Below, one piece after another: positions 10,393 to 22,400 of a DNA stretch of 64,000 bases (within the stretch, counting starts at the first letter, position 1; each line of letters begins with the position of its first letter). This stretch comes from Octopus sinensis. Lineage: Eukaryota. The notes beneath the pieces were generated by a model, which saw only the letters and a list, made by a program, of their open reading frames with translations, did no database searches and was not told the origin of the DNA. The DNA is taken from assembly GCF_006345805.1 (NCBI RefSeq), contig NC_043005.1:90272001-90336000 (forward strand). The letters run 5' to 3'. The position numbers were made by a program, and so were the translations under genes.

Positions 10393-11770
10393 TATATATA
10401 TGTATGTATATATGTATGTCTACCTGTTCCATTATGTTATCAATTATAGATGTCAGTAGTACATGGTAGCTTAAAGAGAGCTAATCAGTGTGGAGGTATG
10501 AAACTAGAACTGATAACGAGTGAGATAGAGGTTGGTGGTGGTGGTGGTGAGAGAGAATTTAAAATGAAATCTCTTGTTTTCCCAATGCTGATGCAAACAC
10601 ACACACACAGGTATGCACAGGTGTGCATACCACACACACACACATGTACTCACTTGCACACACGCACATTCACACAAACACACTCACATACACACAGATA
10701 CACACATAGTCCCCCTTCCTCGTACATCCTCACTCACACTTCACAGACAATATTTTACCCAAGTCCTTCCTGGTCCAGCAGATTTATGATCAAAAATGTT
10801 CCATCCCATCCCCTTTTTTTATGTCAAGGACAACAACATCTAATATATCCTTCATTATTTAAGATGGTAGGGTGTGATTTGGCTGCTATTTTTTAACAAG
10901 GCAAGTGACTGCTGATTATGCTTGGTGCAATAAAAGATATATAAAATAAAAAGCTGTGATTTGTATATTGTTAGAGTCTACTGAATGGCTTCCTAGAGTT
11001 CTAAATATGGCATCTTTACAAACAAAAACATTTGATTGCAGTCTTTCGGTTCTTTTACTGCTTGTGAAACACTTTATTGTTGACTAGCACTATGACCCGG
11101 CGTTGCCGGGTCATAGTGCTAGTGCATGCATATACAGCAGCGTGTGTGCGCACATACACGCGAGTACTGTCCAAATCTCTGACCAATCACATACAGCTAG
11201 CTGGTATTCAATTGGCGTATCAAGTTTCGGGCATTTTGATTGGGTTTTGGATAGAAAATTCACAAAAAGGTCACTTCTATTGATTTTTTAATGGCTTTGT
11301 GGGGTGACTAGGGAAATGTAAAGATGTGCACGACCATCCTTGGACGGTTTTGAATGACCATAGAAAGTGCGAGCCCTCTAACTGAAGGATTGTGGATTTG
11401 TATAAAGGACACACACATACACAGACAGACAGACATTTTGCCGTTTATATATAGAGATGAAGTGTGAATCATACAATTGATTTGTGACAGAGGTTGGTAG
11501 CACGTAAAAGATACCCATGCCCGTGACATGTAAAAGGCACCCATGATACTCTGTAAAGTGTTGGTGTTAGGGAGGGCATCCAGCTGTAGCACCCAAGCAA
11601 AAACAGATAATTGGAGCCTGGTGCCAGCTCCAGTCAAACCATCTAACCCATGCCAACAGGGAAAACAAACATTAAAGAATGTTAGTCATTAAACAAAATC
11701 TGCCAATTCAAGCTGCTTGCCTCCGCTGTGTATGATGGTAGGAGAACATACAAGTGATATATATATATAT

Positions 11771-12164
11771 ACTAGCAGTATCGCCCGGCGTTGCTCGGGT
11801 TTGTAAGGGAAATAATTATATAAGCATTTTTAGAGATGTAAAGTATAATAGCCATCTCAATATGGCTAACCACAAAGGGGGAGGGGTGTTACTGTAGCTT
11901 TTTACGTTCTGAGATTTAATAATAAATTTTAGAGAGTTACTTCCCTTATATATGTCAAAAATGGATTAAAAATAGGAAAAATTGATGGTAAATTTTTTTT
12001 TAGATCGTAGACTCATCGTAGACGCGCGCTAATACCCAGACGGTCTCGATATGAATCACGACTATAAGATACCCGGTTTTGGTTAAACTGCACCGCAAAA
12101 TGTGGGAGTAAGGAATCTAAATCGTAGGAGACAGACACACAACCTCACTTTTATATATAAAGAT
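11771..12164 (+). mobile_element. Non-autonomous Helentron/Helitron2-associated element (HINE, DINE-1-like)
   Basis: 5' ACTAG...CCCGGCGTTGCTCGGG subterminal palindrome and 3' CTTTTATATATAAAGAT hairpin end, inserted in (TA)n. A second copy is at 41396-41779. Family assignment rests on established HINE end structure. Confidence 0.7.
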
Positions 12165-12329
12165 TTCCTCTATTTACATAATATTGAGGTCTCTTTCTTT
12201 CTTTTGTTATCTTACTGTTTTTACCAATATACATATATATATATATATATATAAATATATATATAGTTACAGAGATGTACTTGCATAGCAAGTGACTTGA
12301 TCTGAGATCGTGTGCTGGAACGAAAACAG

Positions 12330-12588
12330 TTGCAGCGTTGAAGGTGTTTATAAGCCATTTAAGAAACACACAAAAACCGTTAGATTCACTTCAACATTTA
12401 AATTTAATTTGTCAAAATATTTTCGTCGCTTTGAGACCGCGACCTGTTAGCACGATATTTTTGTCAGTGAACAGGTCGCGGTCTCAAAGCGAGGAAAATA
12501 TTTTGGCAAATTAAATTTAAATGTTGAAGTGAATCTAACGGTTTTTGTGTGTTTCTTAAATGGCTTACAAACACCTTCCACGCTGCAA
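12330..12588. repeat. Fold-back inverted repeat, 119-bp arms, 21-nt loop
   Basis: 12330-12448 is the reverse complement of 12470-12588 with a few mismatches; (TA)n on both sides of the host cassette. Confidence 0.95.
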
Positions 12589-12958
12589 TATATATATACA
12601 CACATATATATATATGTATGTATGTATGTATGTGTGTATATGTGTATGCATGTATGTGTGTATGTGTGCGTGTCTGTGCTTGTGATTGTCCTCCACCACT
12701 GCTTGACAACGAATGTTGGTTTGTTTACATCCCTGTCACCTAGTGGTTTGACAAAGGAAACAGATAGAATAAGTACAATGCTTACAAAAATAAAACTGGA
12801 GTTGATTCATTAAACTACAATTCTTCAAGGCATTGCCCCAGCATGGCCACAGACCAATGGCTGGAAAAAGCAGAAGAATAAAAGAATACATTCTCTGCTT
12901 TGGTCTTATGTTCAAGGCATGAGAAAGCTTGAGTTTACATGAGAAGGCCTAACAGACC

Positions 12959-13216
12959 TGGTAGAAACAGCAGCCAAATCTCCCTCAAATCACACCTTAC
13001 TGTCTTATGTATGTATATATATATGAGCCAATGAGGGGGACCTCTACATGGTAGCTAGAGCTGGTAGAAATAGCAGCCAAATTTCCCCCAAATCACACCT
13101 TACTGTCTTATCTATGTATATATGTATGTATGAGCCTATGAGGAAGACCCCTACATGGCAGCTAGACATGGTAGAAATAGCAGCCAAATCTCCCTCAAAT
13201 CACACCTTACTGTCTA
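12959..13216 (+). repeat. Three tandem copies (period 103-107 bp) of a dispersed SINE-like segment GTAGAAATAGCAGCCAAATCTCCCTCAAATCACACC
   Basis: Units start at 12959, 13062 and 13169; the same motif is dispersed at about 10870, 29095, 38880, 43310, 51080 and 63740. Confidence 0.85.
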
Positions 13217-13559
13217 ATGTATGTATATATATATATATACAAGCCACTACGGTTATTTAATGTAAAGTCTTCTTCAAATCACTCTCTCTATTTACTCTCT
13301 TCCAAGAACATTTTCACTCACTCTTATCTCTTAGCTTGCCATACATTTTACTCATGTATCTATCAGCGTGATAGACAGAAACAAATATTACATCGCCATC
13401 GCCATCGCATTCTATTGTCTACCTGTCAACACACGCACAGTGAATTACTTTCATTTTATTCGTTGCACACTGTGCGTGTGCGTGTGGTGTAAACCACATT
13501 AAGAAAAGCATTTGACATACACACCAGAATGTGAGTTTTCTATAAATTTTGCTTAATTG

Positions 13560-13710
13560 GAGTTTAAATTTTAAAAACTGGACCTGGCATGACCCGATGC
13601 ATTCTACTCTTAAAAATGCTAGGTAAATTGTAATTGAAGAAATCCTATATCGTAGATTTCTATAAGTGACAAAGGGAGGCAGATAAAATCTGCCTTTTAT
13701 AATAAGAGAT
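13560..13710 (+). mobile_element. 3' end of a second HINE-like family
   Basis: Hairpin AGGCAGATAAAATCTGCCT followed by TTTTATAATAAGAGAT and then (TA)n; the 5' boundary is not resolved. Confidence 0.45.
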
Positions 13711-13768
13711 ATATATAATATATATATATATATTATATATATATATATAATATATATTATAAATATAT

Positions 13769-13838
<70 letters not shown>

Positions 13839-14014
13839 ATATATATAGACATACATATAGGAGGAGGTGAGTATAAGGATAACAAACTTCTATATTTGAG
13901 CTTCATTTAAACCCTAGAAAAGTTTTTTTCCCCCATAATACCATGATCCAGACTGAACCAATAAATTTAATATTTCCATTTTACAAACCTGTGACTATGA
14001 ACTGTGCTGTAGAC

Positions 14015-14318
14015 CAGTGCTACTCAGACTGGTGGTCTGCAGACTGGTGCCAGTCCACGAGCCATCGGCTGCCGGTACGCAGCAAGTTTCCAGAAAAGAA
14101 AGAAGCATTATAAAATGCTTATAAAAGGTTTATGTAATATTGTATTATTTGGTTACAAAATAAATATAAGATAAAAAGAATTGTCAACTTTTATTATATT
14201 CATTGTACATATTATTTCCGGTATAAATTAATATTACTAAGAAATATTACCGGTCCTTGGCACATGGGGAAAAAAAAAAACTGCCGGTATGCCACATTAA
14301 ATAGTTTGAGAAGCTCTG
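14015..14318 (+). mobile_element. hAT (Charlie-like) MITE
   Basis: TIRs CAGTGCTACTCAGACT / AGTTTGAGAAGCTCTG; exact 8-bp TSD CTGTAGAC at 14007-14014 and 14319-14326. Confidence 0.9.
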
Positions 14319-16418
14319 CTGTAGACTCTTCCGTTTATCAGCTAATTACAATGTCTTAAAAGATAAATGTAGCCTGACTTTTTCCTACTCCTCTACTGAT
14401 TAGTTTTACAGACAGTCACATTTCAGTAAATTGCTTGCACATTGCGTTGTATGGGGTGCGACAATAAAAACTTCTCCTATTCACCACTCTCGATAAATGT
14501 TTCAACAGAAAACACACAATATCTACCAGTCCAACCATGATAATAACTGGAAAAAAAAGAAGAAACAAAATGATGAAGCATTAGCTACATGGAAACACTA
14601 TTACCACCTGCCTAGCTTTATTAGTGCCAGACTGATGGCTATGTAAAACATGGGAGGTTTTCCTGCTGCACCCAGTATTTTCTACACAGTTTTTGGTACA
14701 TTGGCCTGACATTATGAGGCTGTTAAACACAATACTTTATAATCTGATTATTATAATAAACACTATTTGGGTGAGCACTTGCTTCTACTAATTAAAAGGA
14801 ACTAATAAGTGTGATATTAGCTTCATAATTATCATTTCAATTACTTAATTCAATTCTTTCCTAACCCCTTCAATACCAATTCCATTCTCTTACCATCATA
14901 CACAACAGTCCCAGGTTCTATGATATTAATTTTCTGTTTTTAAACCGACCATATTTGGTCAAAATATTCTGCTTGTTTTATGTTTAAACTGATCAGATTC
15001 AGCCTCTCACACCTACCCTACAATGTCATTCTAAAAGTCAACAATCACATCATTGAAATCTCAAAGCTACAAGGTAATGCCAAGATTAATTCAAAACATT
15101 GTAGATGAAGAAGCATTACATTTGACAGAATAATTTGAGTGCTAAGGGGTCAGTAATAACAAAGTTATTTAACTAAATTCATTATAATGAATATGATACC
15201 CTGAATCTAATAATATGATATATTATAATGAATATAATATAATAATGATGAATATTACACCCTGGGATTCAGTCTGTCAACTATAGTCTTCGCTAACAAA
15301 TTTCTGGTTGCTTATTATTTATTTATCTATTTATAGTATTTGAGAAATTATAGAGTCATTAATTACAGGTTTTCATGGGCCAATCATTGGTTCATTTCAT
15401 TTCCACTGGTGAAATATATACACAATAATAATAATAATGGTTTCTGATTTAGGCACAAGGCCAACAGGTTTTAGGGGAGGTTATTACTTGATTCTATCAA
15501 CCTCAGCAAATAACTGGTACTTTATTTTATTGACCCCTGAAGGGATGAAAGGAAAAGTTGGCCTCAGTGGGATTTGAACTCAGAACATAAAGGCTCAGAA
15601 GAAATACTGCAAAGCATTTATTCTGATACTCTAATGATTCTGCATACTTGCCATGTTCTTAATAAATGATATTAATGATTTCAAATTTTGGTCAGGGCCT
15701 GAAGTTTTTGAGGGAAGGGGAAATTCAATTACATTGACGCCAGTGCTCAGCAGGTTTTTATTTCATTGACCTCGAAAGGATTCTAGGCAAAGTCAACCTC
15801 AGCAGAATTTGAACTCAAAATGTGAAGAGCCAGAAGAAATGTTGGTACTTTATTGATAACACGGCAGGTCAAAAGGTTAGCTTCAGTGGAATTTGAACTC
15901 AGAAGAATGGATCTAAATTCTGTTTGGAATACAGCTCTGCTCTCAACAGTTTCTGTCCCCCACCTATCAGGGTGTCTTCTGCTGCAAAATAATAATAACT
16001 TATTATATTGCTACATGGTTAGGAAGTTTGTTTCACAACCACATGGTTCTTGGTTCATTCCCACTACATGGTACTTGAAGTAAATGTCTTCATTGCTTTG
16101 GGCTGATCAATATGTTGCAAGTGAAATTTACTGGACAGAAATTGTGTAGAAACACACCATATTATTGTTGTTGTTGTTATTATGAACGTGGCAAGCTGGC
16201 AGAATCATTAGCACACTGGGCAAAATACTTAGCAGCATTTTGTCTGTCTTTACATTCTGAGTTCAAATTCCACTGTTGTATATCAGTTGTATACTGAGAT
16301 CAATGTGTTTGACTAACCCCTCCCCTTAAAGTTGCTGGCCTTGTGTTAAAAGTAGAAAAAATGATTATCCTTATTAAGGCAGCAAGTTGGCTGCATTTAG
16401 CAGCATTTTTTCTGGTTA

Positions 16419-16615
16419 CTCTTTTACTTGTTTCAGCCATTTGACTGCGGCCATGCTGGAGTACCGCCTTTAGTCGAGCAAATTGACCCCAGGACTTATT
16501 CTTTGTAAGCCTAGTAATTATTCTATCAGATTCTTTTGCCAAACTGCTAAGTTACGGGAACATAAACACACCATGTTGGGGTGACAAACACAGACATGAA
16601 AACACACCACACACA

Positions 16616-16704
<89 letters not shown>

Positions 16705-16871
16705 TACAACGGGCTTCTTTTAGTTTCTGTCTACCAAATCCACTCACAAGGCTTTGGTCGGCCTGAGGCTATAGTAGAAGACACTTGCCCAAAGTGCCAC
16801 GCAGTGGGAATGAACCTGGAACCATGTGGTTGGTAAGCAAGCTACTTATCACACAGCCACTCCTGCACCTA
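16419..16871 (-). mobile_element. SINE family A copy, antisense
   Basis: Reverse complement of the 4914-5330 consensus, including the internal (CA)(TA) tract. Confidence 0.85.
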
Positions 16872-17049
16872 TTCTTTATATACTGAGTTCAAATCCTGCT
16901 GAGGTCAACTTTACCCTTCATCCTTTCAGGACTGATAAAATAGGGTGCCAGTTAAGTACTGGGGATCCTGTAATTAACCCGATTCAACTGACCTGTTGTC
17001 AAAGATATTTTATTTTACTTATTTATTTCATCTTTCATGCAGTGGACTC

Positions 17050-17322
17050 CCCTTTAGCATTTAATCCAGCCATTTGAGACCCAAATATTCCACCTGTTTC
17101 ATGATCAAACCAGCTAGAGTTGGCCTCTCACATCTAACCTATAATGTCATTCTAACAATAAAGAATCTTATCATTGAAATCTCCACAATGAGATCGTACA
17201 GAAAGGCGCCGAGATATCAGGTGATTGCTGAATAGTCCAGCTACAAGGTCATGCATGATTAATTCAAAATAATGGGAATGAATATGCATTACACTTGATA
17301 AAGTAATTTGAATGCTAAAGGG
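17050..17322 (+). mobile_element. piggyBac-like MITE
   Basis: TIR CCCTTTAGCATT / AATGCTAAAGGG followed by TTAA; related copies at about 14935-15150 and 26234-26735. Confidence 0.65.
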
Positions 17323-18854
17323 TTAAGATAATAAGATAGGATTTGAGCGAGGTCTGGCTGCTGTTTCTTGCGGGTTGAGCTACCACATACACACTTCCTC
17401 GTCTGCCTTTCCAGTAAATGATATTAAGATATATGGTGATATATTCATATAATAAAATGATGAAATTAAAATCTGCAATGGGATGTGGGAGGGGCTTTTC
17501 CTGCTATCAAAGGTTACGTGTCAACTAGTATGATGAGGAGCATTTTAAAATAAACAACACCATTTTATACGATATTGTGTACGTGGAGGCGAAACCTGTC
17601 TGTTATAGAATGATGGCAGGAAGGCAAGCTTAACGTACGCAGAGGCAGGAAGTAGCATGCACCTCTCTAAGATTTGCAGATGCTCTACTGACATGTAAAC
17701 ATCAAAATGCTATGTAAGTTTATTCTTCCGTGACTCTCTGTAAATTTTGACTGATGCTTCTATGGCAGCCTTGCAAGAAATCATGTTGTTTAGCCCCTTG
17801 ATCCAGCAGGTTATGGATCAAATCATTCAAATGGCGGCAGCCTTCCGATTTTTCTTTTTTCTAATGGGCACAGTCATGGAAGTGTGGTGAAGAAGCTTGC
17901 TTTGTACCCATGTGGTTTCAGCTTCAGTCCCACCATGGGCCAACCAATGCCTTGTGAGTTTATCTGTTAGATGGAAGTTATTTGGAAGCTAATATATGTA
18001 TATGTGAATGTATGTCTGAGTTTGTGTTTGTCCCCCACCACTGATTGAATAACGATGTTGGTTTGTTTACATCCCTGTTACTTAAGAGTTCAGCAAAAGA
18101 GAATGATAGGGTCATTTTGTGTGACTAAGCCCTTCAGGCAGTGCCCCAGCATGGCCACAGTAGTATGAGCAAAACAAGTAAAACAAATAAAAGATTACAG
18201 AGTAGCGTTTTTAAAAGGCAACAATGTGATTCAATGGTGATTTGACTGCTATTTCAAGCTATTCACGTAAGTAGATAGAGGTGCTATTGTTTAGCCCATG
18301 GTCAGCACTGGTCAGATTACCATAATCAAAAGCATTCCTGCCATGTTGCCCTCCGCACCATCTTATTAGACATCTTATTTTCTCAGACTACAGCAGCCAT
18401 TGTATTCTTCATTTTTCTTAAAGATGCTTAGACACAGGCATGGATGCATGGTTAAATAGCTTGCTTCCCAATCACATGGTTTCAGGTTCAGTCCTACTGT
18501 GTGGTACATTGAAAAAGCGTTTACTGCAAATAGCCCCGGGTCAACCAATGCTGCACGAGAGGACTTGGCAGATGGAAACTGAAAGAAGTCCATCATGTGT
18601 GTGTGTGTCAGAGTATTGGAGAAAATGTGATGTGGTATTTTGTTACGTTACTTTACATTCTGAGTTCAAATCTCAGTTGGGTAAAAATTTACTTTTCTCT
18701 TTCATAGTTAATAAAATAAGTCTCAGAGTAGATATAACTGAGTAAAACCCATCAAGGTAGTGCTCCAGCATGGCCGTGGCTCAGGAACTTAAACTAGTAA
18801 GAATATAAAGCAAATGCATAAATCATACATAATATTCACATATTCAATATATAC

Positions 18855-19190
18855 TGTGAAGGTGCGTGGCTAAATGGTTAGGGGTATTCAGCTCAAGATT
18901 GTCAGGTCGTGAGTTCAATTCTTGGCAACGCATTGTGTTCTTGAACAAGACACTTTATTTCTTGTTGCTCCAGTTCACTCAGCTGGCAAAAATGAGTTGT
19001 ACCTGTATTTCAAAGGGCCAGCCTTGTCACATCCGATGTCATACTGAATCATTCCTGAGAACTGCATTAAGAATATGTAAGTCTACTCAGTCACTTGTCC
19101 CTCAATTTCATGAGCTGGCTGTTCCATAGATTGGATCTTCTAGAATGCTCACCGCCATAACTGACGGAGTGCCAGTTATATATTCATGCA
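18855..19190 (+). mobile_element. tRNA-derived SINE family C
   Basis: tRNA-like head GTGGCTAAATGGTTAGGG...GTGAGTTCAATTC followed by CTTGAACAAGACACTTTATTT...CTCAGCTGGCAAAAATGAGT; related copy at about 23630-23905. Confidence 0.6.
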
Positions 19191-20595
19191 TTCACTACAT
19201 GCATGAATTCACCCTGCATCACATATGTTTTATATTTTAAACTCATCTAATTACCATACACCTGCATTGAACACTTACTTCTCGTCTATCTGATAAAATA
19301 AATAAATAAATAAAGCTGAGCCAAGTAAAACCACTATTAAGATGATTAAACTATAAAACAGCAATACGAAAAAAGATAGGTGTAAATATACACCAGATGT
19401 TAGTGGGGAAAAAACCCTGAGGTGTGTAATATGGTACATGGGTTAGCAGTTCTTATTCATTGCTCCAGCTACTGAGTTAAGAGGAAACCACATCTTGCTT
19501 CTTCACATTATTAATTATATATATATAAGCAATAAAAAATGTGTGGTTATTGCTTACTTACCGTCAATCTTCATAAATTATTATTTATATATAATTTTAT
19601 ATATACATATATCTATTTATACATACATACACATACATATATACTCACTCACATACACACATATGTAACTTTATATATATATATATACAGTTTGTCTGAA
19701 CCTAGTGCAGTTCTCTGGCTTACCAGTTCCAGTCAAGCCATCTAACCCATACTAGCATGGAAAGTGGACGTTAAATTAGGATGATGATGATATATGTGTG
19801 TGTGCGTGCATGTGTGTGTGTCTATATCTCCCTCTTGTAAAAGTTTATAAATGTGTCCCCTCCTAAAAAGTATTGAGTAATTCTTTGGTCTAAAAGGCAT
19901 AGTGACCAGTGATGTATAACATCCAATAGTCTGGTTGATCATGTGATACATGTGTGAGTTTTTTTTTTGTTTAGTTAGTTGGAGAAGCAGTGCTCATGAC
20001 ATGTTACAGGGTCTCTAAGACCAGTGGAAGCAAGATGTGAAGAAAAGTATCTTCAATCTGGACACCTGTCCCCTATGCTTGCAACATATGGTAGACTTTG
20101 CTAAATCTACCCAAGGTGCCAAGTGGTGCTGTTAAACTGGACAAAGGATGAGGTCTAATACCCAAGTAGGCTTTGGTGGTATTTGAACCCAGGATGGAAA
20201 GATCTATGCACATATATATATATATATATTCCCATATATGAGAGATCTGTGAAGCCTTTGTGGATATGAAACCATTGGTCAGTCTATGACTGGACATAGA
20301 CTTAATTATATATATACATATACCCACACACACATATATATAGACACATATGTTGGATATGGTACTGATGAAAGGAGAATGATCCTTAAAATATGCATAT
20401 ACTCTCATTAACTTCTTTTTTGTCTTCAATCATATTGTTTGCATAGACATATTTGTTTATGAAATGTGACTGGCTCAGAATTCTGTGGAAAAATCTATGC
20501 AGATAATATTAATATATATATCATCATCATCATCATCGTTTAACGTCCGTTTTCCGCGCTAGCACGGGTTGGACATATTTATACATATATATATA

Positions 20596-20775
20596 GATTG
20601 CTAACCACTAAACTTTTTCTATTTTCTCTCCCTGTTTATTTCTGTGTTCCTTTCTGTTGAAGAGCATAGGCTTGAAACGTAAAAGACTTTCTCACTTCCT
20701 GAGCGTTAAATTAATACATCTGTTTGTTGTTTACACACCTGTCTTCGTCTTTTGTTTTTTGAAAATTTTCACTAT
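20596..20775 (+). mobile_element. Element F, dispersed copy with hammerhead-like motif at 20650-20685
   Basis: CTTT-CTGTTGA-A-GAGC(atag)GCTT-GAAA-CG-TA-AAAG; flanked by (TA)n and (TATC)n. Confidence 0.65.
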
Positions 20776-20794
20776 CTATCTATCTATCTATCTA

Positions 20795-20835
<41 letters not shown>

Positions 20836-20906
20836 AAGGAAATGAAGAAAATGCTGACAAAATAATTTAAGTAATTTAAGTAATTTAATTAGGTGAAAGT
20901 TCTTTT

Positions 20907-20960
20907 AAAAATATGGAACGCTTCACGAATTTGCATGTCATCCTTGCGCAGGGACCATGC
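20907..20960 (-). pseudogene. U6: U6 snRNA 3' fragment (54 nt)
   Basis: Minus strand GCATGGTCCCTGCGCAAGGATGACATGCAAATTCGTGAAGCGTTCCATATTTTT matches the conserved metazoan U6 3' half with 2 substitutions; the 5' stem-loop and ACAGAGA box are absent. Confidence 0.92.
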
Positions 20961-21001
20961 GCAAGGATGACACGCAAATTCGTGAAGCGTTCCATATTTT
21001 T
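20958..21001 (+). pseudogene. U6: U6 snRNA 3' fragment (44 nt), inverted partner
   Basis: TGCGCAAGGATGACACGCAAATTCGTGAAGCGTTCCATATTTTT matches the U6 3' end, including the terminal U tract. Confidence 0.92.
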
Positions 21002-21111
21002 AAAAGAACTATCACTTAATTAAATTACTTAAATTACTTAAATTATTTTGTCAGCATTTTCTTCATTTCCTTTTTATATATCACAACTCGTGTTCCACAT
21101 CTCCTTTTTTA

Positions 21112-21160
<49 letters not shown>

Positions 21161-21284
21161 ATTAGAGGATATGTTAACCTTGTGAAGGGTTGGTTGCATC
21201 CAAGGAAATACTGGTTCAATACCTAGTATTGTTAGGGAATGAAATTCCCTTAAAACAATAGGTATACATTAAGCATATAGTTTG

Positions 21285-21539
21285 TATCCAGTTAAAAGAA
21301 GAAGAAAATGGAGATAAGGAAGTTAGCAATTATTTATTATTAACAAATTGGTCATCTTTGCTTCTTACAGCCATTTCAATTAATACTAAATCATTTAATT
21401 ACAAATTTAATGTAGAAATTTGTAATTAAATGATTTAGTATTAATTGAAATGGCTGTAAGAAGCAAAGATGACCAATTTGTTAATAATAAATAATTGCTA
21501 ACTTCCTTATCTCCATTTTCTTCTTCTTTTAACTGGATA
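21285..21539. repeat. Perfect fold-back inverted repeat, 124-bp arms, 7-nt loop (AATGTAG)
   Basis: 21285-21408 is the reverse complement of 21416-21539. Confidence 0.95.
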
Positions 21540-21817
21540 TATATATTTACACATATATACACAGTTACACATCAGGTTTCATTTAGTTTTTGTCAGCGTT
21601 ATCCAATCGTGAGGCTTTGGTTGGAGAAGAGTAGCATAGAAGACATTTGCCCCAGTTCAAGGCATGTGGTTGCAACATGAACAGCTTCGCTGCACAACCA
21701 TAGCCACCACCCATATATTGTTGGTGTTCAACCCAATGATTACATGCTGTTATTTATGGTTTCATGCACTTGAGGAATGAATTACATGCATATCTATATC
21801 TATATCTATGTATCTGT

Positions 21818-21866
<49 letters not shown>

Positions 21867-22044
21867 ACCCCTGAGATATGCTGTGACTGTGAAGACCTGA
21901 CAAATGAAGTGAGTTCATGGCTCGCAGGACGGCCTGCTGTGCTAACCTTGGATCGTAGAGTGATCCTGCTGTTCTTGAGGAGACCTATTGAGTCAAGTAC
22001 GTCAACACAAACATCAAAATAAAAATCAAATGGAAATTATAGTT

Positions 22045-22354
22045 AAGATACCCGTGCTGGCAACACATAAAAAGCACCATCTGAACGTGACTGATGCCAG
22101 CGCTGCCTGACTGGCATCTGTGTTAGTGACACGTAAAAGCACCAACCGATCATGGTTGTTGCCAGCCTCCTCTGGCACCTGTGCCGGTGGCACATAAAAA
22201 GCACCCACTACACTCACGGAGTGGGTGGCATTAGGAAGGGCATCCAGCTGTAGAAACACTGCCAGATCAGACTGGAGCCTGGTGCAGCCTCCTGGCTTCC
22301 CAGACCCTGGTCGAACTGTCCAACCCATGCTAGCATGGAAAACGGACGTTAAAC

Positions 22355-22399
<45 letters not shown>

Positions 22400-22400
22400 G
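22045..22400 (+). mobile_element. (GAT)n-tailed retroposon family B (SINE-like; RTE-type partner LINE inferred)
   Basis: ...AAAAGCACCCACTACACTC..GGAAGGGCATCCAGCTGTAGAAA...GGACGTTAAAC(GAT)n; further copies at about 11500, 26341, 33120 (-), 39800 (-) and 44283. Confidence 0.75.

Noticed and set aside
18861-18935. tRNA-like sequences (here and at the heads of SINE families A and D)
   Set aside because: They have A/B boxes but no complete cloverleaf and run straight into SINE bodies; they are SINE heads, not tRNA genes.
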